The position numbers and the translations under genes are program-made. The notes beneath the pieces were generated by a model. The model had not been told where the DNA came from. It made no database searches and worked only from the letters and a program-made list of their open reading frames with translations. A stretch of DNA of 64,000 nt, from NCBI GenBank assembly GCA_009692185.1, contig SHZT01000001.1, forward strand, positions 205,247-269,246, read 5' to 3'. This document shows positions 36,515 to 44,408 of the stretch, piece after piece. Origin of the DNA: Gemmatimonadota bacterium (GTDB lineage Bacteria > Gemmatimonadota > Gemmatimonadetes > Gemmatimonadales > GWC2-71-9). The first letter of the stretch is position 1. The number at the start of each line of letters is the position of its first letter.

Positions 36515-36637
36515 GTGTGTCTTTTCCCAACGGAGGTAAGAGCCGAACGACAAGGCATAACGTTCGGCCGTTTGACAGTAGGACGCAAGGAGGGTGTACC
36601 CCGGGGGGGGCGCAGGTGTTCGCGGGTGAAACGACGT

Positions 36638-37057
36638 TCAAGCGGTAGCAGTTGCCCCGCGGGACCCCCGGAGGACCCAGAGGCCGGTCACGATGACGAT
36701 TGAGTGCAGCACGACCCAGACCGCAGGCACCGTGACGTCGTTGCCCCGCGCGATCGAGTAGGCATCGGCAATGAGTCCCCGCCCCACCTCGATCGCGATA
36801 ATCGTCCAGACCAGCGCCCGCGCCTGGTGCGGCATGCGGGAGGCGACCAGCAACCCAACGCCCACCGCGCCCACCTCGAGACCGAATATCACCCAGGTAT
36901 CCACGACGAACCGGGCCAGGGCGTCTCCCGACGCAGCCAGCTCCAGCGTGCCCGCAGGCCCGGTGGTACGAATAGGCACCTTGACGAATACCATCACCGC
37001 GAACTGCAGCAGGTAGAACACGCCGACAACCCGGAGCCACCACACCAGGCGTGTCAT
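36638..37057 (-). CDS. Hypothetical 4-TM membrane protein
   Basis: 139 aa with four hydrophobic helices; no motif recognised. Confidence 0.5.
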   Translation of the reverse strand: MTRLVWWLRVVGVFYLLQFAVMVFVKVPIRTTGPAGTLELAASGDALARFVVDTWVIFGLEVGAVGVGLLVASRMPHQARALVWTIIAIEVGRGLIADAYSIARGNDVTVPAVWVVLHSIVIVTGLWVLRGSRGATATA

Positions 37058-37323
37058 CAGGCGAACCGCTTTTGGGCGCGCTCCCGTGCCTTCCGGGCCT
37101 CTTCCTCGCGGTTCCTCGGCGGGGCGTTTACCCGCAACGACTCGATCAGGTGCCGCGCGATGTGCGTCACCTCATCCACCGCGTGATTGAACGCCGCCTC
37201 GTTCGCCCTGGACGGCTTGGTGGCGCCGCTCAGCTTCCGAACGAAGTGAAGTGCGGACGCGCGGACCTCGTCGGTGAAGGCGGGCGGTTCGAAATTGGCG
37301 AGCGTCTTGATATTCCGGCACAT
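37057..37323 (-). CDS. DUF2277-family protein
   Basis: MCRNIKTLANFEPPAFTDEVRASALHFVRKLSG is the typical family N-terminus. A GAGGAG RBS lies 6 nt upstream of ATG 37323. Confidence 0.75.
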   Translation of the reverse strand: MCRNIKTLANFEPPAFTDEVRASALHFVRKLSGATKPSRANEAAFNHAVDEVTHIARHLIESLRVNAPPRNREEEARKARERAQKRFA

Positions 37324-38374
37324 GGGGGGCTCCTCTGCCAGTCGCAGGGCGTGTCGGAACAAGCTTCGGAAGGAACGGCCGGGTGCGCAAGATGCCAGGC
37401 GACCGCCGAGCCGACTGAAAACACGAACGCCGGGGGCGGACCGTACTCCGGCGCGAACACGTAGGCCACGTGCTTCGCGGAATCAACCGCGATCGTCTTG
37501 CCGCCCACCATCGTGGGAACGGTGGCGACCGTGGTGTACTTGTCGGGCGAATCCTGGTGCACGACGGTGATGTTCCCCGAGCGGCCGGCCGGTATGTAGA
37601 TCAGCTTCTCGGCCGGGTCCCAGCCCAGGGCGTCCACGCCCTCGCCGTTGGCGATCTTCGCAACCACCTTGCCGGTGCTCGCGTTGATCACGACCGAAGT
37701 GTCGCTGCAGCCGCTGAAGATCCGGTCCGAGGCGCGGTCGTAGGCGATGCCCGTCGGGCGTCACAGGGGGAGATCGGCCAGGACGCGAGCACCTTCATCA
37801 TCTTGGCGTCGAGCACCTGGATCGTGTTCTTGCTCTCGTTGTTGACGAAGATCTTCCCCTTGCCGTCGCTCGCGGCGCCTTCGGGGGCGTCGTCTTCGAG
37901 CACGGCCTGGCCCGCGATGGCCCCGGTATTGGGGTTGATCGCGGTCGCGGTACCCGGCTTGCTGTGATTCGGGAGGATGATCAAGTCGTCCGCCTCGTCG
38001 TACATGACCCCATCGAGACCGCCCGCGGGGATCTTCGTTTTCTTGATGGCCGCGAGGGTCTTGGTGTCGAACATCGTCACGGTCGAATCGCCGGCGTTGG
38101 TGGTGAAGCCGTGATTCCATTTCAGCGCGACGGCCGACCCGTGCGTACGCGGCGTGTCGGGAATGTCCCCGATCACCTTGCCGGTGGCGCCGTCAATCAG
38201 AGTTGAGCGCGAAACAAACACCCGGCCGGTGCCGGGCTCCGCGTAGATGTAGTCGTGGCCGCCGTCTCCCCCGACGCTGACCTTCTGGACCTTGAAGTTC
38301 TGGGCCTCCCCGGCGCGCGCGGCGGCCAGGGTCACGATGCACGCGGTCAACGCGGCACGGGAATGTCTGGTCAT
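37230..38374 (-). pseudogene. YncE/YVTN-type beta-propeller protein, frameshifted
   Basis: The N-terminal part (signal peptide to ..VLASWPISPC) stops at 37688. The propeller continues in the +1 frame as PTGIAYDRASDRIFSGCSDTSVVINASTGKVV. A single missing nucleotide near 37745 would join the two. The 3' tail overlaps the DUF2277 gene, so its end is uncertain. Confidence 0.6.
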
Positions 38375-38554
38375 GCGATCCTCGATAGGGGCGGCGGGAC
38401 GATGTGGTTCAAGCCACAATCTTATGACACGGCCGACCTGTCAGGACGATGACACGAGGGGTTCAGCGTCTGGCGAACTTGAGGTGCGCGACGCCCGGCG
38501 CCGCCGAGGGACATGGAGATCTTGAAGCGGAGCGTTGACGCGTTTGGCGCTTCC

Positions 38555-38977
38555 CTAGTGAGGAAGGCGCGGCCGCAGGTACCCGTAGGCCCAGGTGCCG
38601 GCCAGCGCCGCGGTGATGGCAACCCACATGACGCCCACGCCTCCGCCGACCAGCGCGAACAGTGGACCGGGGCACGCGCCGGTCAGCGCCCAGCCGAGGC
38701 CGAACAGCGTGCCGCCTGCCCAGAACCGCGTGCGTTCGCCGGGTGGCGGCCCCAGCGTCCCGTCATCCAGGTCGCCGCACAAGACCGAGACCGAGTGGCG
38801 AACGAGTCGCCGGGTCACGCCGGCGACGAGCACCGCCGAGCCGAGCACGCCGTACATGTGAAAGGACTGGAAGCGAAACATTTCCTGGATCCGGAACCAG
38901 GAAATCACCTGGGTCTTGGTGAGCACAATGCCGAAGAGCGTGCCCAGGACGAAGTGCAACAGGAGCCCGCGCCTCAT
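38555..38977 (-). CDS. YeeE/YedE-family sulfur-compound transporter half
   Basis: GLGWALTGACPGP motif; 4 TM; ATGA-type overlap with the upstream half. Confidence 0.8.
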   Translation of the reverse strand: MRRGLLLHFVLGTLFGIVLTKTQVISWFRIQEMFRFQSFHMYGVLGSAVLVAGVTRRLVRHSVSVLCGDLDDGTLGPPPGERTRFWAGGTLFGLGWALTGACPGPLFALVGGGVGVMWVAITAALAGTWAYGYLRPRLPH

Positions 38978-39537
38978 GAGATCAGCGGGAGAACGAGGAA
39001 GGTGCCCAGCAGCCCGCCGGCGAAGAACCCGAGCACGGCGATGAATGATGCCGGCTGGAGACTGGCCATTCCGGTGACGCCATGTCCCGACGTACAGCCG
39101 CCCGCCCAGGCGGTCCCGAAGCCCACCAGGAACCCGCCGACGACCACGCTGATGATCCCCCGGAGCGTGAAGAGGCTCGCCCAGCTGAAGATCTCGCGGG
39201 GCACGAGGCCGGTGAAGTCATGAACGCCGAGCGTCGCGAGGCTGGCCTGTGTCGCCGGCGAGATCGCGATGTCTGTCCAGGCGAAGGAGCGGGTCGCGAT
39301 AAACCCGCCCAGCACGGTGCCGGCGGTGAGCGTCAGGTTCCAGAGCCCTGAGCGTTTCCAGTCGTATTGGAAGAACGTGAGGTTTCCGGGCACGGTTGCG
39401 GCGCACAGGTGCCGGAGCGCGGGCGACATGCCGAACCGGTGGTTCCCGAGCCAAAGGAGCGCGGGGACCATGAGGCCGATCAGCGGGCCACCGACGTACC
39501 ACGGCCAGGGAGCGCGGATGATTTCGGGAAGCGTCAT
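38974..39537 (-). CDS. YeeE/YedE-family sulfur-compound transporter half
   Basis: GFGTAWAGGCTSGHG motif; polytopic. Confidence 0.8.
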   Translation of the reverse strand: MTLPEIIRAPWPWYVGGPLIGLMVPALLWLGNHRFGMSPALRHLCAATVPGNLTFFQYDWKRSGLWNLTLTAGTVLGGFIATRSFAWTDIAISPATQASLATLGVHDFTGLVPREIFSWASLFTLRGIISVVVGGFLVGFGTAWAGGCTSGHGVTGMASLQPASFIAVLGFFAGGLLGTFLVLPLIS

Positions 39538-39570
39538 CGGGCCAATCTAATGGGCGAAGAACAGGTTGAC

Positions 39571-39975
39571 CTACGTCCGCTCGGTACCGCGCTGGACCAG
39601 GTCCCACCAGTTCCCGTACAGATCCTCGAACACCGCCACCGTCCCGTACTCGGCGGTCTTGGGCTCGCGCACGAAGTGGATTCCGGCGGCAACCATGGCG
39701 TTGTAGTCCCGCCAGAAGTCGTCAGTGGAGAGGAAAAGGAATACCCGCCCACCGGTCTGGTTGCCGATAGCCGCGGCCTGTTCGGGCGTAGACGCGCGGG
39801 CGAGGAGAATCGTGGTGCCGGTGGATCCCGGCGGCGCGACGACGACCCACCGCTTGTCCTGCTCAGGCTGGTAGGTGTCCTCGACCAGGGTGAACCGAAG
39901 TTTCTGGCAGAAGAACGCGATCGCCTCGTCGTAGTCCCTGACGACCAGCGCGACGTGGAAGATGGACTGCCGCAT
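39571..39975 (-). CDS. VOC-family (glyoxalase/bleomycin-resistance/dioxygenase) protein
   Basis: IFHVALVVRDYDEAIAFFCQKLRF...YGTVAVFEDLYGNWWDL; 134 aa. Confidence 0.8.
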   Translation of the reverse strand: MRQSIFHVALVVRDYDEAIAFFCQKLRFTLVEDTYQPEQDKRWVVVAPPGSTGTTILLARASTPEQAAAIGNQTGGRVFLFLSTDDFWRDYNAMVAAGIHFVREPKTAEYGTVAVFEDLYGNWWDLVQRGTERT

Positions 39976-40235
39976 GATCCGGCCTAGTGGCCGTCACGCA
40001 GCCGCGTGCACGCCATCAAGGCGACCGGAACGTCAGCGTCGCTCCGGTGCTGGTGGTGAGCGTCAAAGTCCCACCCGTCTGATGGCCGAGGTTCCTGTCG
40101 AGTTTCATGTACCTGCTCCGTTGAGGGCGTTTGTTCACGGCGGTGGGCTGGACGAACGTACCCACCCCAGTCGCGACACCGCTGTCCCTCAAAAGGAGTA
40201 CGCCCCGCCCTTCTCGCCACCCCGTGAATTCGAGC

Positions 40236-40855
40236 TCACGGCGGGCCGCGTCTGCGGCCGAACGAAAGCATGCTGACCAGCTTGTCACGGAGCTTCATGG
40301 GGTGGTGCCGCAACAAGGCGGACAGGAGCCTCGGGAAAAGGCGCTTGAGATGCACGGTGTACATCTCCGACCCGCCTACCAACGCCTCCTCCTTCCCCCG
40401 CGCGACCGCCTGGAGCGTCTGCCGGGCACACTCTGCCGGGTCCATGCCCTGCTCCTGCACCGCCAGCATCTTCCCGTAGGTGCCGCCGCCGCCGGTGACG
40501 GCGCTGCTCAGGATCGGCGTGCGAACGAACCCGGGCACGATGAACGTGATCCGGATGCCGCCGGCGTGGACTTCCGCGCGCAGCGACTCGAAGAAGCCGT
40601 GCAACGCGTGTTTGGACGCAGCGTAGGACGAGAGCTGCGGTCCGCCGTACTTGCCGGAGAGGCTGCTGATGACGACAAAGCAGCCAGCGCCACGCTGCAG
40701 CATGGCCGGCAGGAGCGCCTTCGTCAGTACGACCGGGCCAAAGTAGTTCACGGCCATGAGGCGTTGATCGATGGCGACGGTCGTATCCACCACGCGGTTT
40801 CGCCGGCGGCGACAATGTCTGCTGCGGCAGTCCAGATGGAAGTGCGGTCGGACAT
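40236..40855 (-). pseudogene. Classical SDR (DHRS7-like) remnant lacking the Rossmann N-terminus, with a probable frameshift
   Basis: ORF 40236..40793 begins about where NNAG would be (VNYFG, SSLSG, YAASKHAL, PGFVRT are present). TGxxxGIG is absent. The short upstream frame MSDRTSIWTAAADIVAAGETA joins with a 1-nt shift, and a stop lies 4 codons upstream of its ATG. Confidence 0.55.
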
Positions 40856-40884
40856 GCTGGAAATCTAAGCGGAGCGAAGGGGCA

Positions 40885-40904
40885 GACGAGAACGAGGGAA
40901 CGAG
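40885..40904. repeat. Copy of the GAACGAG(G/C)G motif family
   Basis: GACGAGAACGAGGGAACGAG between the cysO stop and the SDR remnant. Confidence 0.5.
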
Positions 40905-40909
40905 CCCTC

Positions 40910-41191
40910 CTACCCCCCCGCCATGCTCGGCACAATGGCGATCTCGTCACCGGCCGCGAGGGGCGTGGCTTCGCGTTCCAGCTCGCGGATATCGCGGTCG
41001 TTCAGGTAGATGTTCACGAAGCTCCGCAGGCGACCGTCCTCCCCGTACAGGTGCCCCTTCACCCGCTGGTGGGTGCTGGTGAGCACCCCGAGGGCTTCGC
41101 CCACGGTCTTCGCTTCAACGCTCACCTCGACCAACCCCGCAACCGACGGCCGGAGCGCCGATGGAATCAGAATCGTTACGGACGTGCTCAC
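40910..41191 (-). CDS. cysO: MoaD/ThiS-family sulfur-carrier protein (CysO-like), C-terminal GG
   Basis: 93 aa beta-grasp-type protein ending ..AIVPSMAGG. Overlaps the JAMM gene by 4 nt and lies downstream of cysM. Confidence 0.75.
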   Translation of the reverse strand: MSTSVTILIPSALRPSVAGLVEVSVEAKTVGEALGVLTSTHQRVKGHLYGEDGRLRSFVNIYLNDRDIRELEREATPLAAGDEIAIVPSMAGG

Positions 41192-41625
41192 GAATCCCCC
41201 ACGTTCAATGTGTGTTCCTCAAACCCCATGCGATCATCGGCCAGCTGCCAGACGCGGACATCGCGGGCCACACCCAGCTCCACCGAAATGATCAGGTACC
41301 GGTACCAGGGCCACGCGTGTTCGCGGTCGTACTCCGATGGCTTCGCCGGGTGGTCCGGGTGCGAATGGTACGTGCCGAGAATGTCGAGGCCCTCCCGCCG
41401 GAGTTTCTTCTCGGTCGTGAGGAAATCCCCGGGGGCGATCTCGTAGCGATTCCTCGCCGATCCGGCCTCCACGCGCTGGTTGTGCACCGGCTCATGCCGC
41501 CGCACTACCGCCTCCCCGTTCTCGCCCGCCTCGCCGACCAGGAACCCGCACCCCTCGGCCGGATACGCCGCCTCGAGCGCGCCACGTATGGCCTCGAGCA
41601 CCGAGGGTTCAATGCGCAGGGTCAC
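41188..41625 (-). CDS. mec: JAMM/MPN+ metalloprotease (Mec-like)
   Basis: E..GFLVG, HSHPDHPAKPSEYD (HxHx7Sx2D). GTG start at 41625. Confidence 0.8.
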   Translation of the reverse strand: MTLRIEPSVLEAIRGALEAAYPAEGCGFLVGEAGENGEAVVRRHEPVHNQRVEAGSARNRYEIAPGDFLTTEKKLRREGLDILGTYHSHPDHPAKPSEYDREHAWPWYRYLIISVELGVARDVRVWQLADDRMGFEEHTLNVGDS

Positions 41626-42574
41626 GCAGCAACCGCCCGACTTCAGAGAGATACCGCTGGCCGCCATCCGGCCCGATGACGACCACGACCGGCTCCTCGC
41701 CCCGGGGACCGCGTGCGCCGCTCGCCAGCAACCGGCGCGCCGCCGACACGGCCGCGCCGGTAGACCACCCGGCATAGAGCCCTTCTTCCCGCGCCAGCTC
41801 CCGCACCCGCACCTCGGCGTCCTCGGTCGAGACATGCACCGTCGCGTCAATGAGCGCGGCGTCGTAGACCGGCGGAACAATCGCTGTCTCCATGTGCTTG
41901 AGGCCTTCCAGTCCGTGGAACGGGCCATCCGGCTCCACCGCGATCGTGTAGATGTCCCGGCGCCGCTCCTTGAGGTAGCGCCCGGTGCCGATCAGCGTAC
42001 CGCTCGTCCCGACGCCGGCCACGAGGTGCGTAACCGCCCCGCTCGTGGCCTGCCAGATCTCGGGACCGGTCGTCAGGTAGTGCGCGCGCGGATTCGCCGC
42101 ATGGGAATACTGATCCGCGTACCAGTACCGCTCCGGCCAGCGTTCGGCGAGTTCCCGCGCCCGGCGGATCGCGCCGTCACTCCCCTCCAGCGGGTCGGTC
42201 TCGACCAGCTCGGCGCCGTACGCGGCCAGCAACCCGCGCCGTTCGGGCGACGCGTTGGACGGTACGCAGACCGTGACGCCGATGCCCGCCGCGGCACCGA
42301 GCAATGCGTACCCGACGGCGGTGTTGCCGCTCGACGCGTCCAGCAGGCGGCGGCCGCGAAGGGCCCCCGAGCGGAGGCCCGCGCGCAGGATCTCCCGCGC
42401 CGCGCGGTCCTTCACCGAGCCGCTCGGGTTCGCCCATTCGGCCTTGAGCAGGAGACGCCCCTCCCCCGGCACGCTCCCCGACACCAGGGGCACGAGCGGC
42501 GTGTTCCCCACGAGCCCCCAGACCGCGGGTTCGTGGGTCGCCTCCGTCGAAATTGCCGATACGCCGACTGCCAT
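41609..42574 (-). CDS. cysM: PLP-dependent cysteine synthase, CysM-type
   Basis: GNTPLV, NPSGSVKDR (PLP Lys), SSGNTAVGYAL, GVGTSGTLIG. ATG 42574; the TTG at 42613 lies inside the terminator T-tract. Confidence 0.85.
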   Translation of the reverse strand: MAVGVSAISTEATHEPAVWGLVGNTPLVPLVSGSVPGEGRLLLKAEWANPSGSVKDRAAREILRAGLRSGALRGRRLLDASSGNTAVGYALLGAAAGIGVTVCVPSNASPERRGLLAAYGAELVETDPLEGSDGAIRRARELAERWPERYWYADQYSHAANPRAHYLTTGPEIWQATSGAVTHLVAGVGTSGTLIGTGRYLKERRRDIYTIAVEPDGPFHGLEGLKHMETAIVPPVYDAALIDATVHVSTEDAEVRVRELAREEGLYAGWSTGAAVSAARRLLASGARGPRGEEPVVVVIGPDGGQRYLSEVGRLLRDPAH

Positions 42575-42604
42575 GTCCCTGCTGAAGCCCCTTCGTATAG
42601 GGCC

Positions 42605-42644
42605 GACAAACAAAAAGGCCGCGAACCTGAAAGGATTCGCGACC
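42605..42644 (-). terminator. Rho-independent terminator/attenuator in the cysM leader
   Basis: Minus strand: GGTCGCGAA-TCCTTTCAGG-TTCGCGGCC followed by TTTTTGTTTGT, ending about 30 nt before the cysM ATG. Confidence 0.65.
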
Positions 42645-42671
42645 GTGTGACTGCTTCGGAACGAGCTAGAC

Positions 42672-42758
42672 CTAAGTCATGCCGCCGGCAGTGGCCGCGA
42701 ATTCCCCTCTGCGACAACAGAGAGGCTTCGGACAGCGGCAACACCGTGTGATCGACAT
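42672..42758 (-). promoter_or_regulatory. Candidate Cys-rich leader peptide (28 codons) of cysM-mec-cysO
   Basis: MSITRCCRCPKPLCCRRGEFAATAGGMT. It has 5 Cys codons, 4 of them the rare TGT. A TTGACC-18nt-TAGGTT promoter-like pair places the predicted TSS at about the ATG (leaderless). Confidence 0.45.
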
Positions 42759-42820
42759 GATGCGAACCTAAGGGGCGACACCTTGTCAGGTCAAGATGGG
42801 CCCATTACGTTGCTCGAACG

Positions 42821-42910
42821 ATGATCAACCGCCCGAACTCCGCCATGTGTTGTACCACGTGTCCCAGCTCTCGCGAGCGTCCGGGGAACACGGGGGGTTG
42901 TCTGTCATAG
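42821..42910 (+). promoter_or_regulatory. Candidate Cys-rich leader peptide (29 codons) of cysG-sir
   Basis: MINRPNSAMCCTTCPSSRERPGNTGGCLS. It has 4 Cys codons, all TGT. A TTGTCA-17nt-TACGTT promoter-like pair at 42783-42811 ends 9 nt before the ATG. Confidence 0.4.
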
Positions 42911-42944
42911 CGCTCTAGCAGCACTTCAACCCGTCTGATTCCGT

Positions 42945-42979
42945 CCGGCCGCTCAACCCGAGCGGCCCTTTTCGTTTTA
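42945..42979 (+). terminator. Rho-independent terminator/attenuator in the cysG-sir leader
   Basis: CCGGCCGCTC-AACCC-GAGCGGCC followed by CTTTTCGTTTT, 30 nt upstream of the RBS (GGAGAG) and ATG 43011. Confidence 0.65.
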
Positions 42980-43010
42980 CGGGCCCTTTGTCTTACGGCA
43001 GGAGAGTGCC

Positions 43011-44408
43011 ATGAGTGCGTACTACCCCGTATACCTGGACCTTCGCGGCCGCCGAGTGGTGGTCGTCGGCGGCGGAACCGTCGCCCAGCACAAGATCCGC
43101 GAGCTGCTGAAAGCCGGCGCCGCGGTCACCGTCGTGACCCCGGCCTCGGCTCCGGGGCTGGAAGACCTGGCCGACGAGGGAAGCGTCGAGATCCTGTGGC
43201 GTCCCTACCGAACCGGGGACCTCGAAGGGGCGTTCCTCGCCATCGCCGCCACGGATGACCGCTCGGTGAATCACGACGTAAGGGCCGAGGCGGAGCGTCT
43301 CCACATTCCCGTGAACGCGGTGGACGACCTGCCGAACTGTACGTTCATCGCCCCGGCGGTTCATCGTCAGGGCGACCTGACCATCACGGTCTCGACGTCG
43401 GGCCACGCGCCCGCGCTCGCCGCGCGGCTCCGGGATCGCATCGCCTCATGGATCGGGCCGGAGTACGACGCGCTGGTGGCCCTGCTCGGAACGCTGAGGG
43501 CCGAGATCGCCGCGCGGGAGCCGGACTTCAAGACCCGCGCCCGCTTGTGGTACCGGATCGTGGACTCGGACATTCTCGCGCTGGTCCGCCGCGGCGACCG
43601 CGAGGCCGCCGAAACGCTGGCCCGGCAGGTCATTTCCGGTAGCATACCGGCGGGCAAGGTCTACCTCGTGGGCGCGGGACCGGGCGACCCCGGGCTCATC
43701 ACCGTGCGTGGCCGCGACGTGCTCGGCCAGGCAGACGTGGTCGTATATGACCGCCTGGTGCACCCCGCCCTGCTCGAACTCATCCCGCCAAAGGCGGAGC
43801 GCCTGTTTGTCGGCAAAGGCCCGCAAGGCGAATCCACCAGCCAGGAGCAGATCAACGACTTGCTCGTGTCCCTGGGCCTTGAGGGCCGGCGCGTTGTGCG
43901 GCTCAAGGGCGGCGATCCGTTCGTCTTCGGCCGTGGCGCGGAGGAGTGCGAGGCGCTGGCGGCCGCAGGCGTGGCGTTCGAGGTCGTACCGGGCATCACG
44001 TCGGCCGTTGCCGTGCCGGGCGCCGCGCTCATTCCGCTCACCCACCGCCGCTGGAGTTCAGGGTTCGCCGTGGTCGCGGGCCACGAGTGCGACGGCGGCT
44101 CCGACCTGGACTGGTCCGCGCTGGCCCAGATGCCCACGCTCGTGGTTCTCATGGGCCTTCGCACGCTGGGCGACGTGGTGTCCAACCTGCGGGCCGCGGG
44201 CAAGGACGCCACGACGCCGGCCGCGGTCATCGCGGAGGGGACACTCCCCACACAGCGTGTCGTGGTTGGGACGCTGGCGACGATCGCGGAGCGCGTGAAG
44301 GCAGAAGGACTCGAATCCCCCGCCACGCTGGTCATTGGCGACGTCGTCCGGGTACCCGAACAATTGTCCGGCAGTCTCACGCCGGTGGAGGCAGGGGTAG
44401 CTGCATGA
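43011..44408 (+). CDS. cysG: Siroheme synthase (precorrin-2 dehydrogenase/ferrochelatase fused to uroporphyrinogen-III C-methyltransferase)
   Basis: N-terminal YPVYLDLRGRRVVVVGGGTVA Rossmann motif. C-terminal VYLVGAGPGDPGLITVRG...VVRLKGGDPFVFGRG methyltransferase motifs. Confidence 0.9.
   Translation: MSAYYPVYLDLRGRRVVVVGGGTVAQHKIRELLKAGAAVTVVTPASAPGLEDLADEGSVEILWRPYRTGDLEGAFLAIAATDDRSVNHDVRAEAERLHIPVNAVDDLPNCTFIAPAVHRQGDLTITVSTSGHAPALAARLRDRIASWIGPEYDALVALLGTLRAEIAAREPDFKTRARLWYRIVDSDILALVRRGDREAAETLARQVISGSIPAGKVYLVGAGPGDPGLITVRGRDVLGQADVVVYDRLVHPALLELIPPKAERLFVGKGPQGESTSQEQINDLLVSLGLEGRRVVRLKGGDPFVFGRGAEECEALAAAGVAFEVVPGITSAVAVPGAALIPLTHRRWSSGFAVVAGHECDGGSDLDWSALAQMPTLVVLMGLRTLGDVVSNLRAAGKDATTPAAVIAEGTLPTQRVVVGTLATIAERVKAEGLESPATLVIGDVVRVPEQLSGSLTPVEAGVAA

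Noticed and set aside
36541-36570. Hairpin GCCGAACG-n-CGTTCGGC between the membrane-protein gene and the DUF305 gene as a terminator
   Set aside because: The stem is only 8 bp and no U-tract follows on the transcribed strand. It was not reported as a feature.
39976-40288. Small ORF 40016..40288 (90 aa) in the gap between the VOC gene and the SDR remnant
   Set aside because: No RBS, no motifs, and composition like an alternate-frame artefact. The gap may be decayed sequence related to the neighbouring pseudogene.
42614-43010. Known riboswitch (SAM-I/IV, SAM-II, cobalamin), RNase P, SRP RNA or tmRNA in the long cysM/cysG intergenic region
   Set aside because: I looked by eye for the conserved cores (S-box AGAGGGxGAGGGA/GGCAACC/GGTGCCAATTCC, B12 box with the GGGAA...GCCACTG order, GAGGAAAGTCC, GGAAGCAGCC) on both strands. 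Only isolated fragments appear (GGCAAC, GCCACTG), in the wrong order. A covariance-model scan is still needed.
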